This document shows, in pieces, positions 50,564 through 58,947 of a stretch of DNA of 64,000 bases (position 1 is the stretch's first letter; each line of letters begins with the position of its first letter). Origin of the DNA: a bacterium (GTDB lineage Bacteria; Patescibacteriota; CPR2; UBA1875; JAJYID01); contig JAUSJO010000005.1 of the NCBI GenBank assembly GCA_030647205.1, positions 10,523 through 74,522 of the forward strand. Reading direction: 5' to 3'. The notes under the pieces were generated by a model that saw nothing but the letters and a program-made list of their open reading frames with translations, did no database searches and was not told the origin of the DNA. Made by a program: the position numbers and the translations under genes.

Positions 50564-50884
50564 ATGAGTGAAGTAGTACTGACAGACAAAAACTTTGAAA
50601 GTGAGGTTTTGAAAGGTAACGGTGTGGTTTTGGTTGATTTCTGGGCTCCTTGGTGTGGACCCTGCCGTATGCTGGGGCCAGTCGTAGAGGAACTAGCAAA
50701 AGATTTTGAAGGCAAAGCAAAAGTTGGTAAGGTTAATGTTGATGAAAGCCCCCAAACTGCTGGGCAATATGGTGTAATGAGTATACCGACTATATTGATA
50801 TTTAAAGATGGTAGTCCTGTCGAAACTTTTGTTGGCGTCCAGCCGAAAGAGGTTCTTGCAGACAAGCTGAAATCTTTAATTTAG
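50564..50884 (+). CDS. trxA: Thioredoxin
   Basis: DFWAPWCGPC. Confidence 0.97.
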   Translation: MSEVVLTDKNFESEVLKGNGVVLVDFWAPWCGPCRMLGPVVEELAKDFEGKAKVGKVNVDESPQTAGQYGVMSIPTILIFKDGSPVETFVGVQPKEVLADKLKSLI

Positions 50885-50890
50885 TATAAA

Positions 50891-51934
50891 ATGAAGAAAA
50901 AAATACTAGTGGCTATGTCGGGAGGGGTGGACTCTTCGGTAGCCGCTTATCTTTTGAAGGAAGAGGGGTATGAAGTTATCGGCGTGACGATGAAGCTTTT
51001 TTGCTACGCGGAAAAAGGCGCTACTTCGAGGTCATGCTGCAGTCTTGAGGCAATAAATGACGCAAAACAGGTGTGCGAAAAACTTGGGATTCCTCATTAT
51101 GTCGTAGACTATGAAAAGGAGTTTGAAAGAGAGGTTATAGAAGATTTTGTTAATGAGTATAAGGGGGGTAGGACACCAAACCCATGTATCCGCTGTAATC
51201 AGCTTATAAAGTTTGAATATTTGCTTAAAAAAGCGCAGGAGTTAGGCTGCGACTTTTTGGCGACGGGGCATTATGCGAGGATTTCTGATGCCAAACTGCT
51301 GAAAGGAATAGATTCTGCCAAGGACCAAACATACTTTCTCTACAGGCTAAACCAAGAACAGTTGTCAAAAATAAAGTTTCCATTAGGGGATCTTAAAAAA
51401 TCAGAGGCAAGAAGTGTTGCAAAAGAAGCAGGATTAAAGATAGCTGAAAAGGCAGATAGTCAGGAAATATGTTTTATTGATACAGATGTGCCGGATTTTC
51501 TGAAAGGTAAAATCGAGGTTAAAGGTGGTGATATCTTGGATAAAGACGGCAAGAAAATTGGCAATCATGAAGGAGTGCCATTTTATACAATTGGCCAGCG
51601 AAAGGGCCTCGGAGGAGGATTTGAGGTACCGATGTATGTGATCGGTGTTGATGTGACTAAAAATACAGTTACAGTTGGCAAAGAGGAGGATTTATACGAA
51701 AAAGAAGCGGCTTTTGATGAAGAAGTCTGGATTTCGGGTGAGCTGCCGATTGGCAAGAAATTAACTGCAGTGATTCGCTACAATATGGAAGAAAAGGAAA
51801 TCGCCAACTTAGAAAAATTAGATGGAAAATACAAAGCCATTTTTAAAGATAATGTTCGGGCGGTAACGCCGGGGCAGTCGATAGTTTTCTACGCAGACAA
51901 TGAGTGCTTAGGCGGGGGTATTATAACTAAATAA
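50891..51934 (+). CDS. mnmA: tRNA 2-thiouridylase MnmA
   Basis: [49 protein letters not shown]. Confidence 0.97.
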   Translation: MKKKILVAMSGGVDSSVAAYLLKEEGYEVIGVTMKLFCYAEKGATSRSCCSLEAINDAKQVCEKLGIPHYVVDYEKEFEREVIEDFVNEYKGGRTPNPCIRCNQLIKFEYLLKKAQELGCDFLATGHYARISDAKLLKGIDSAKDQTYFLYRLNQEQLSKIKFPLGDLKKSEARSVAKEAGLKIAEKADSQEICFIDTDVPDFLKGKIEVKGGDILDKDGKKIGNHEGVPFYTIGQRKGLGGGFEVPMYVIGVDVTKNTVTVGKEEDLYEKEAAFDEEVWISGELPIGKKLTAVIRYNMEEKEIANLEKLDGKYKAIFKDNVRAVTPGQSIVFYADNECLGGGIITK

Positions 51935-51936
51935 GC

Positions 51937-51965
51937 TTGACTGAGCTGACGTTGTGTGATATCAT
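51937..51965 (+). promoter_or_regulatory. Sigma70 promoter with extended -10
   Basis: TTGACT-17nt-TATCAT preceded by TGn. Confidence 0.6.
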
Positions 51966-52014
51966 TCGTGTCCTTTCGACATAACTTGCACATCTTCTAA
52001 AGGTGGTGATGAAA

Positions 52015-52299
52015 ATGACAGAGGAAGCACTAACAGAGGAAGAGACGCAAGAAGTAGAAGAGCTCTTCGAAAAAGATACATTAGTTGACGACCCCCATCG
52101 AGAGTCCATCAAGTTGGCAACAATTGAACTGGTGAAGATGGCAAAAGATAATATCGCACTTGGTGATCTTGCCAAGACGTCTCAACAGCTTCTCAAGAAC
52201 TTTCGTTTTGAGAACTTGTCTGGGAAGATTGATATCAATCATTATCTACAAACGGTGTGGGGGAGGAGTAACAATGGTGGAGCAAGCAAGAATAAATAA
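52015..52299 (+). CDS. Small acidic hypothetical protein (start 52009 or 52015)
   Basis: Own promoter, SD AAGGTGGTG. Confidence 0.6.
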   Translation: MTEEALTEEETQEVEELFEKDTLVDDPHRESIKLATIELVKMAKDNIALGDLAKTSQQLLKNFRFENLSGKIDINHYLQTVWGRSNNGGASKNK

Positions 52300-52364
52300 G
52301 TCGAAAGAAAGGGCATTTGAAATTGAGGTGGTATATCTCAAAGACAAATGCCCTTAACCTATGC

Positions 52365-52394
52365 TTGACAATTTTCTTAAATTCGTGCTAAAAT
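52365..52394 (+). promoter_or_regulatory. Sigma70 promoter with extended -10
   Basis: TTGACA-18nt-TAAAAT preceded by TGc. Confidence 0.65.
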
Positions 52395-52451
52395 GCGGGT
52401 CCTTTTAGGAGTTTTTAAAAAAACGAATTCACCCCGGAGGAGGTGAGAACC

Positions 52452-52772
52452 TTGGATAACACTGTTGCAATAAAACCGAAAAAGGCAGTTGATAAGTTCT
52501 TCAGTACTAATGAGATAGACCACTATCGTATAGTGGAAATGAAAAAGCGTGTTGTGGAGTTTATCTCCGTCTGCAGACAGGCAGGGGAGTTAGTCAACAG
52601 GGAGCCGAACAGAAAAGCGGAAGTTGTGTCTCACATGGAAACACAAAGAGACAGGTTGTTGCATGATTACTATGGAAACAACGGAAACGGAGAAAAAGCG
52701 CAAGTGAAAGAGTTTCTAAACCAAGTCATCAACAATCGTGGGAGGCTATATGAGATACGGCGAGGCAAATAA
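52452..52772 (+). CDS. Small hypothetical protein (TTG 52452 or GTG 52443 start)
   Basis: Own promoter, SD GGAGGAGGTGA, terminator follows. Confidence 0.65.
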   Translation: MDNTVAIKPKKAVDKFFSTNEIDHYRIVEMKKRVVEFISVCRQAGELVNREPNRKAEVVSHMETQRDRLLHDYYGNNGNGEKAQVKEFLNQVINNRGRLYEIRRGK

Positions 52773-52784
52773 CTCCAAAAAGTA

Positions 52785-52834
52785 GGGGCGTCTAAGGTGG
52801 TCGTAAAGACTCATCGCGGGTGCCCTTTCTTTTT
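52785..52834 (+). terminator. Rho-independent terminator
   Basis: AGGGGCGTCT...GGGTGCCCTTTCTTTTT. Confidence 0.6.
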
Positions 52835-53067
52835 ATACTTGATTCTTATGGCAATTTTGATAAAATATTACTTGGCAAATTTGAAAAAAGTCGCAATCCG
52901 TGGCTTTTTATATTTGAGCACATCGTTTCTGATAAGAAACAGAATGACGATAAATCGTTAGACAACTAGAAAAGGGTTAGTGACGACTAGCCTAAGGAGG
53001 GCAAAGGTGGCAAGTAAGTCACCTTGTTCTTTTATAAGGGCATTTTTTATAGTAAAATAAGCAGGTA

Positions 53068-54873
53068 ATGACATCAAACGAGTTGCGGCAAAAATTTCTA
53101 GATTTCTTTGAGGAAAAGGGGCATAAGGTTATCCCTTCAGCTTCGCTCGTGCCCGAAAACGACCCCTCGGTACTATTTACAACTGCCGGCATGCATCCTC
53201 TGGTTCCTTATATAATGGGAGAAGCGCATCCTAAGGGTAAGAGATTAACCGATTCACAGAAGTGCATCCGAACAGATGATATCGAAGAAGTTGGTGACAA
53301 AGTTCATCACACTTTCTTTGAAATGCTCGGAAACTGGTCATTCGGCGATTATTTCAAAGAAGATGCCATAAAATATAGCTATGAATTTTTAACAGATAAA
53401 AAATGGCTTGGAATAGATAAAGAAAAATTAGCGGTCACAGTTTTTGAAGGTGACAAAGATGCGCCATTTGACGAAGAATCATATAATATCTGGGTTTCCC
53501 TTGGGATTTCAAAAGGAAGAATTGCAAAGTTAGGCAAGAAAGACAACTGGTGGGGTCCAGCCGGTGAAACCGGTCCATGCGGATCTGACACGGAGATGTT
53601 TTACTGGTCAGGTAAAGAAAAAGCACCCGAGAAGTTTGATCCTGAAGATGAGCGCTGGGTTGAGATTTGGAATGATGTTTTCATGCAGTACAACAAAAAA
53701 GCCGATGGTACCTTTGAGCCATTGAAACAGAAAAATGTTGATACGGGTATGGGCTTAGAAAGAACATTAGCGGTGCTAAATGGGGTAGATGATGACTACC
53801 AGACCGATTTGTTTCTGCCGATAACTCAGAAAGTTGAAGAAATATCAGGCAAGAAGTATGAGGAGAATAAAAAAGAATTTTGTATAATCGCTGATCACTT
53901 GCGGGCGGCAGTTTTTGCCATTGATGACGGGGTTGTGCCTTCAAATAAGCAAGCTGGTTACATTATCCGCCGCTTAATTCGCCGCGCTATTGTAAAAGGG
54001 CATCAGCTGGGAATAAATGAAAACTTTACAGTCGACTTTGTAGATATTGTGGCAAAAATTTACGAAGGCGTTTACAAGTTAGATACAGATACAGTTAAAA
54101 AAGAACTGCAATCCGAGGAAGAAAAGTTTAGAAAGACACTGAAATTAGGATTAAGGATGTTTGAAAAAACCATTGGTGACGCTGTCGGTTTTGGCGTGGT
54201 TGGATCGGCGGTTGTTGGTGAAGAACCAAAGATAACAGGCAAGGAATCTTTTGACTTATATCAAACTTATGGTTTTCCGCTCGAGTTAACTAAAGAAATT
54301 GCTACTGAAAAGGGATTAAAGATAGACGAAAAGGGATTTGAAGAAGAATTCAAAAAGCATCAGGAGCTTTCACGGACGGCTTCTGCAGGGATGTTTAAAG
54401 GAGGCTTGGCTGACAACTCTGAGGCAAGTACAAAGTATCATACCGCAGCACACCTTCTCTTGGCTGGCCTGCAGGATGTCTTGGGGGATCATGTGCATCA
54501 GAGAGGTTCGAATATCACTCCAGAGAGATTGCGGCTCGACTTCTCTCATCCCGATAAACTTACTGATGAAGAGAGAAAAGCGGTAGAGGATTGGGTAAAT
54601 GACAAGATAGAGAAGAAGCTAGAAGTTCACCTTGATGAATGTGATCCGAAGACAGCAAAAAGCAAGGGCGCAGAGGGCGAATTTATCGAAAAATATGGAG
54701 ATAGGGTCAAGGTATATAGCATAGGCGGGGATTTAGATTCAAAAGATGCTATATCAAAGGAGATTTGCGGTGGGCCTCATATAAAAAATACTTCGGAGCT
54801 CGGCCACTTCAGAATCAAGAACGAAACATCGAGTTCCAAGGGCGTGAGAAGAATAAAGGCAGTATTGGAGTAA
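53068..54873 (+). CDS. alaS: Alanine--tRNA ligase (short form without C-Ala domain)
   Basis: LFTTAGM, HHTFFEMLGNWSFGDYFK, DTGMGLER, DLYQTYGFP, HTAAH, CGGPH. Confidence 0.97.
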   Translation: MTSNELRQKFLDFFEEKGHKVIPSASLVPENDPSVLFTTAGMHPLVPYIMGEAHPKGKRLTDSQKCIRTDDIEEVGDKVHHTFFEMLGNWSFGDYFKEDAIKYSYEFLTDKKWLGIDKEKLAVTVFEGDKDAPFDEESYNIWVSLGISKGRIAKLGKKDNWWGPAGETGPCGSDTEMFYWSGKEKAPEKFDPEDERWVEIWNDVFMQYNKKADGTFEPLKQKNVDTGMGLERTLAVLNGVDDDYQTDLFLPITQKVEEISGKKYEENKKEFCIIADHLRAAVFAIDDGVVPSNKQAGYIIRRLIRRAIVKGHQLGINENFTVDFVDIVAKIYEGVYKLDTDTVKKELQSEEEKFRKTLKLGLRMFEKTIGDAVGFGVVGSAVVGEEPKITGKESFDLYQTYGFPLELTKEIATEKGLKIDEKGFEEEFKKHQELSRTASAGMFKGGLADNSEASTKYHTAAHLLLAGLQDVLGDHVHQRGSNITPERLRLDFSHPDKLTDEERKAVEDWVNDKIEKKLEVHLDECDPKTAKSKGAEGEFIEKYGDRVKVYSIGGDLDSKDAISKEICGGPHIKNTSELGHFRIKNETSSSKGVRRIKAVLE

Positions 54874-54875
54874 AA

Positions 54876-55400
54876 ATGGCACAGGAATATGAAACACAAG
54901 TTCTAGATATCAATGTTCAGGAAATTGAGAGAAAAATTCGAGCACTAGGTGCCAAGGAAGAGTCTGAAATATTACAAAAAAGATGGGTTTACTATATTGA
55001 CGAGGCCAGCTGGATCCGTTTGCGCCAAGTTGGTGAAAAGGCGATGGTTTGCTACAAAAACAGACCCGATGCAAAGATTTCAGGTACAGAAGAAATTGAA
55101 ATAGAGGTAAGCGACTTTGAAGAGGCTGCAAAGATGCTTTCAAAGTTAGGCTTCTACACGGATAAATATTATCAAGAAAACAAAAGAAGGTTATTTTTGA
55201 TTGATGGAGTAGAAGTGAGCATTGATACCTGGCCTCAGATACCGCCTTATCTAGAGATAGAGGCCGAAAGTGAAGAAAAGGTAAACGAAATCTTAAAGAA
55301 ACTTGGTTTGGAAGGTAAAGACGTCGGTCACTTGGGTACCAATAAGATTTATCATAAATATGACATTGATCTTCATTCCATAAAAGAGCTGACTTTTTAG
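54876..55400 (+). CDS. CYTH-domain (class IV adenylate cyclase-like) protein
   Basis: QEYE, WIRLR, E.EIEV, QENKR, IDTWP.IPPYLEIE. Confidence 0.85.
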   Translation: MAQEYETQVLDINVQEIERKIRALGAKEESEILQKRWVYYIDEASWIRLRQVGEKAMVCYKNRPDAKISGTEEIEIEVSDFEEAAKMLSKLGFYTDKYYQENKRRLFLIDGVEVSIDTWPQIPPYLEIEAESEEKVNEILKKLGLEGKDVGHLGTNKIYHKYDIDLHSIKELTF

Positions 55401-55418
55401 TGAAACGAAAGATACAAG

Positions 55419-55447
55419 AAAAAGCCGGGCGTAAACGCCCGGCTTTG
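55419..55447. terminator. Bidirectional terminator between convergent genes
   Basis: AAAGCCGGGCG-TAAA-CGCCCGGCTTT. Confidence 0.85.
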
Positions 55448-55458
55448 GTTTTAAGGTA

Positions 55459-55986
55459 CTAACTGAAAATAGCTTTCACTATTTCCTTTGGTTTTTCCAT
55501 GGCTCCGATCCCTCTGTCGCCGCAGGCAAGGATTGCATGTCGTGGCATGATAACCTTCAGATTTGGCAGAATCTTTAAGGATTCCAGATTTCTCTGAAGG
55601 ATTGGGTTTTCCCACATTTTGGTATTCATCGCCGGAGCGATAAAAATGGGAGTTTCTGCTGGGATAGCTGCCAAAACGGTAGTGGCAAGATCATCAGCGA
55701 TGCCGTTTGCCATTTTGCCGATGAAGTTGTAGGTTGCCGGAGCAACCAGTACCAGGTCGGCCCATTTCGCAAGTTCGATATGTTCAATGTCAGATTTTTC
55801 TGACCCAAACATTTCTGTCTGCGTGGGATGGCCGGAAAGGGCAGAGAATGTGAGCGGGGCGACGAACTGAGTTGCCCCGCGGGTCATTACGACCCGCACA
55901 TCATGTCCCTTTGCTTTTATCCTCCCGACAACTTCACACGATTTATATACGGCGATTCCGCCCGTTACGACAAGTAGCACATTCAT
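55459..55986 (-). CDS. coaC: Phosphopantothenoylcysteine decarboxylase (stand-alone CoaC, HFCD flavoprotein)
   Basis: VTGGIAVYK, HIELAKWAD, APAT, GIADD, PAMN..MW, LACGD.G.G. Confidence 0.92.
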   Translation of the reverse strand: MNVLLVVTGGIAVYKSCEVVGRIKAKGHDVRVVMTRGATQFVAPLTFSALSGHPTQTEMFGSEKSDIEHIELAKWADLVLVAPATYNFIGKMANGIADDLATTVLAAIPAETPIFIAPAMNTKMWENPILQRNLESLKILPNLKVIMPRHAILACGDRGIGAMEKPKEIVKAIFS

Positions 55987-56725
55987 TTTCCTCCCTCCTT
56001 TTTAACTCCCAGTCGATTACATTAAATACTCTCGATGCCAGCAGTTTGCGCTTATCCACGATCTTCATTTCATCAGATCCCAGGATAATCGCCGGCGGGA
56101 TGCCGTTTTGTGATCCATGCAGGTCATTTGCGACAATCAGGTCGGCGCCTGAAGCAACCCGGCTCTTTTCTGCGATGTCAATCAGCTCTTCGTAGGTTCT
56201 ATCCACCTCGAGCTTGAACTTTACAAGGAAGACATCGGGATCCCATTTCTTTACAAAATCAACGATTTTTTCTGTCCGTTCCATAGTGACGGTCAGCTCG
56301 GGCAGATCTGACTTGATCTTGCCGGGGATATTATCTACTTCTTTGAAAAGCCGCATTCCCGGAGCGAGATTCAGGCCACTGTCTTTTACCTCGACGAGCT
56401 GCTTGACATTATGTCCATAGTCGGAGACTGCGGCGGAGTGGATGACAATGTCATATCTTCCGGAAGAAATCTCCTCTTCCATTGCCTTCTTCAGGCCGTC
56501 AAATGTGGTGTAGGGTCGGGCTGACAGGTTGATAACCCTTCTTGCATAGTTGATTCTCGGGTTATACAGAAGGGTCGTTTCAGCACCCATCTCAGCGAAG
56601 TGCTTTGCCATCTTGATGCCGGTATTGCCGGTGAAAATGTTTGTCATTACTCGCACATCATCTATTTTTGTCCATGTGCTACCCGCAGTGATGAGCACTC
56701 TCTTTTTCGTTATGCTTGCTCTCAT
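55943..56725 (-). CDS. coaB: Phosphopantothenate--cysteine ligase (stand-alone CoaB)
   Basis: LITAG.T...IDDVR..TN..TG..G, HSAAVSDY, KIKS, VKFKLE, IVAND. Confidence 0.9.
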   Translation of the reverse strand: MRASITKKRVLITAGSTWTKIDDVRVMTNIFTGNTGIKMAKHFAEMGAETTLLYNPRINYARRVINLSARPYTTFDGLKKAMEEEISSGRYDIVIHSAAVSDYGHNVKQLVEVKDSGLNLAPGMRLFKEVDNIPGKIKSDLPELTVTMERTEKIVDFVKKWDPDVFLVKFKLEVDRTYEELIDIAEKSRVASGADLIVANDLHGSQNGIPPAIILGSDEMKIVDKRKLLASRVFNVIDWELKRREENECATCRNGRNRRI

Positions 56726-57347
56726 GGCTTCTCCTTTCTTGCATGTTATCGATATGCGTGTTGATTCTCTCGAGAACTTCCGGGGTTATAAATCTCGGCT
56801 TAATCTCGAGTTTTTTGTCGATGTTCGCCGACATTTTGCCTTCAGAGATGACAAAGTTGGGTGATTTCTTATAATTCGTTTTGCCATCCCATGGATACGC
56901 CCGGTTGTCGAGCGGATCATGCGGCACGTCACCTTCCAGTGTTCGGTCTCTTGTAGCATCAGTGGCAATCCATTCTCCATTTAGATACACATATGCGAAT
57001 ATGTGAGTTGTAACCGGAGAGATCTTCTCGTAGAAGTCAGGACTGCTTACGTCAAGGAGGGCACTTTTTCGGATCTTCATGGTGCCATAGGCCGCGGGAA
57101 TTCCCGCGGCTCTAAGAATTGCTATCTGGAGGTTTGCTTTGTTGGTACACATACCATATCGCTTATCTAACGTTTCTGAAGCTTTTACGTTCCAGAAATC
57201 GAAGCGATAGGGAACATAGGAGATGAATTTCCAGACATTGACTGCTGTTTTTGTTTCATCCTTTCCCTCGAGCTCTCTGGCTTTTGCCTTGATCTCAGGG
57301 TTTTGGCAGTCGCAATATCTGGTCTTTTCAAGATATTCCGACAACAT
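56679..57347 (-). CDS. Transglutaminase-like (Cys-His-Asp) protein
   Basis: GMCTNKA.L..A.LRAAGIPA, THIFAYVYLNGEW, DAT. Confidence 0.88.
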   Translation of the reverse strand: MLSEYLEKTRYCDCQNPEIKAKARELEGKDETKTAVNVWKFISYVPYRFDFWNVKASETLDKRYGMCTNKANLQIAILRAAGIPAAYGTMKIRKSALLDVSSPDFYEKISPVTTHIFAYVYLNGEWIATDATRDRTLEGDVPHDPLDNRAYPWDGKTNYKKSPNFVISEGKMSANIDKKLEIKPRFITPEVLERINTHIDNMQERRSHESKHNEKESAHHCG

Positions 57348-57834
57348 AGTTGTCCTCCTCTCCTTTCAGGTATTCGATTACACTTCTTGGTACATACCTC
57401 TTCAGGTCCAGCCCTTTTTCGAGGAGGAATCTGACGGATGTAGAGCTTACATGTATATGATCCTGTTTTGGCGGGATAAAGATATTTGCGATATTTTCGT
57501 CCAGCGCCTGGTTGTTGAAGTGCAGGAATAGTTCGGTCTCGAAGTCAGTGTTTAACCGTACCCCTCTGATCATAGCTGTTGCTCCGTGCTTTCTTGCTAC
57601 GTTGACCGCCAAATCTTCAGAGGCGACTACTTTGACATTTTTGATCCCATACTCTTTGACTGCAGTTTCGATCATTTTCACCCTTTGCTCAGTTTGGAAC
57701 ATTGGTTGCTTATCGGGATTGACCAGAATCGCAACGCATACTTCCGAAAAGAGTTTGGAAACGGTTTCAATAACGTCCATGTGTCCCAAGGTGATGGGAT
57801 CAAATGTCCCCGGGTATAGAGCTGTGGTATTCAT
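57328..57834 (-). CDS. coaD: Pantetheine-phosphate adenylyltransferase
   Basis: YPGTFDPITLGH, NPDK, IRGVR...DF..E, VSSTSVR. Confidence 0.95.
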   Translation of the reverse strand: MNTTALYPGTFDPITLGHMDVIETVSKLFSEVCVAILVNPDKQPMFQTEQRVKMIETAVKEYGIKNVKVVASEDLAVNVARKHGATAMIRGVRLNTDFETELFLHFNNQALDENIANIFIPPKQDHIHVSSTSVRFLLEKGLDLKRYVPRSVIEYLKGEEDNYVVGIS

Positions 57835-58420
57835 CGTTTTCCTCCTTTATCTTGTTATATAGCTCCATTACGCTTTCTCTCATTTCGGCTAAACTGCCGT
57901 CTGTTCGGATAATGTAGTTCGAGTGTCTTTCCTTGTAACCAATGTCAAACTGATTGTTCAGCCGGTTTATGATTTTTTCATCTGTATAACCCCTCTTGCG
58001 TAGACGGTTTTTTTGTTTTTCTTCGTCGCAGGTGACACAAATTATTTTATCGAAACGACCCTGGCTTTGTGTTTCAAAGATAATGGCGGATTCAATAATG
58101 AAAATGCCATGTTCTTTGCGGGTGATAAGCTCCTCAGTTTTTTCCCAGACGAGAGGATGAACGATCGATTCCATTTGCCTAAGTAGGCGTTTGTTTTTGA
58201 AAACAATTTTTCCGAGCGTTCTCCTGTCGAGTTTACCGTTAACAGTGACTCTTGGACCGAAAACTTGACGGAGCTTTCTCGTTATCTCGGGGCTTTCCAT
58301 AACTTCATGAGCCAACTTGTCCATTTCGACAGTTACTATATCCTCAATTTCTTTGAAGAAAGATAGCGCTGTGCTTTTGCCGCAACCCATGTTGCCGGTT
58401 AGTCCGTAAACTGCTTTCAT
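57800..58420 (-). CDS. coaE: Dephospho-CoA kinase
   Basis: GLTGNMGCGKST, LDR..LG..VF, IVHP. Confidence 0.93.
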   Translation of the reverse strand: MKAVYGLTGNMGCGKSTALSFFKEIEDIVTVEMDKLAHEVMESPEITRKLRQVFGPRVTVNGKLDRRTLGKIVFKNKRLLRQMESIVHPLVWEKTEELITRKEHGIFIIESAIIFETQSQGRFDKIICVTCDEEKQKNRLRKRGYTDEKIINRLNNQFDIGYKERHSNYIIRTDGSLAEMRESVMELYNKIKEENDEYHSSIPGDI

Positions 58421-58435
58421 CTTTTCCTCCTTTCT

Positions 58436-58834
58436 CTAGAAAAGGAATCTGGCAATCAGCCACAAGAGGAAGAAGTGCATAGTGTTATCAACAACTGTGT
58501 AAACTATGCAGGAGAAACTGAGGTCAATTTCTCGGTATTTTTCCTTGCTTGTGTAGGCTGTTACGAAGTTTCTTCCCTTGATCATGTCCAGCCATTTTGA
58601 CGCCAGACTCCATCTGTCGATAGGGTAGTGGCTCAAAAAAACCAGGGCGAAGATCAGGATGTTGAACTTCCAAAGAAAAGTCATAACTGTGATCGTATAG
58701 ACTGCTGAATGAAAAGCGCATATAAGCGCGCCGTTCAATCCTTTTTCGCCTTTAGCGAGAGCCATCTTCTTTGTCTGAAACATGTAATCGCCGAAAAGAT
58801 GACCCAAGATCAGGCGGATATAGATATCTTCCAT
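58436..58834 (-). CDS. DUF3307-like membrane protein
   Basis: GHLFGDY.FQT..MA..K, H..VY, SHYPID, DNTMH. Confidence 0.8.
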   Translation of the reverse strand: MEDIYIRLILGHLFGDYMFQTKKMALAKGEKGLNGALICAFHSAVYTITVMTFLWKFNILIFALVFLSHYPIDRWSLASKWLDMIKGRNFVTAYTSKEKYREIDLSFSCIVYTVVDNTMHFFLLWLIARFLF

Positions 58835-58876
58835 GGTTTTCTCCTTTCTTTATTTAGTTGTCAAAGTTCATAGGAA

Positions 58877-58926
58877 CATTATCTTTCTTATTGCATATAT
58901 GTACAATCTGTCGTACAATAGCGACA
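58877..58926. promoter_or_regulatory. Overlapping divergent promoters with palindromic operator candidate
   Basis: + strand TTGCAT-17-TACAAT (58891-58919); - strand TTGTAC-17-GATAAT; TGTCG-N8-CGACA at 58909-58926; GTACAAT repeated. Confidence 0.6.
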
Positions 58927-58947
58927 ACACTTTAAAAAGAGGTTACA

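Noticed and set aside
53000-53050. Canonical T-box for alaS
   Set aside because: Reads TGGCAAG rather than TGGTACC expected for tRNA-Ala, and no Stem I/specifier loop was recognised; kept only as a non-canonical candidate.
55459-55986. LanD/EpiD RiPP decarboxylase
   Set aside because: Adjacent coaB, coaD, coaE and the LACGD.G.G motif favour CoaC; no precursor peptide or lanthipeptide enzymes.
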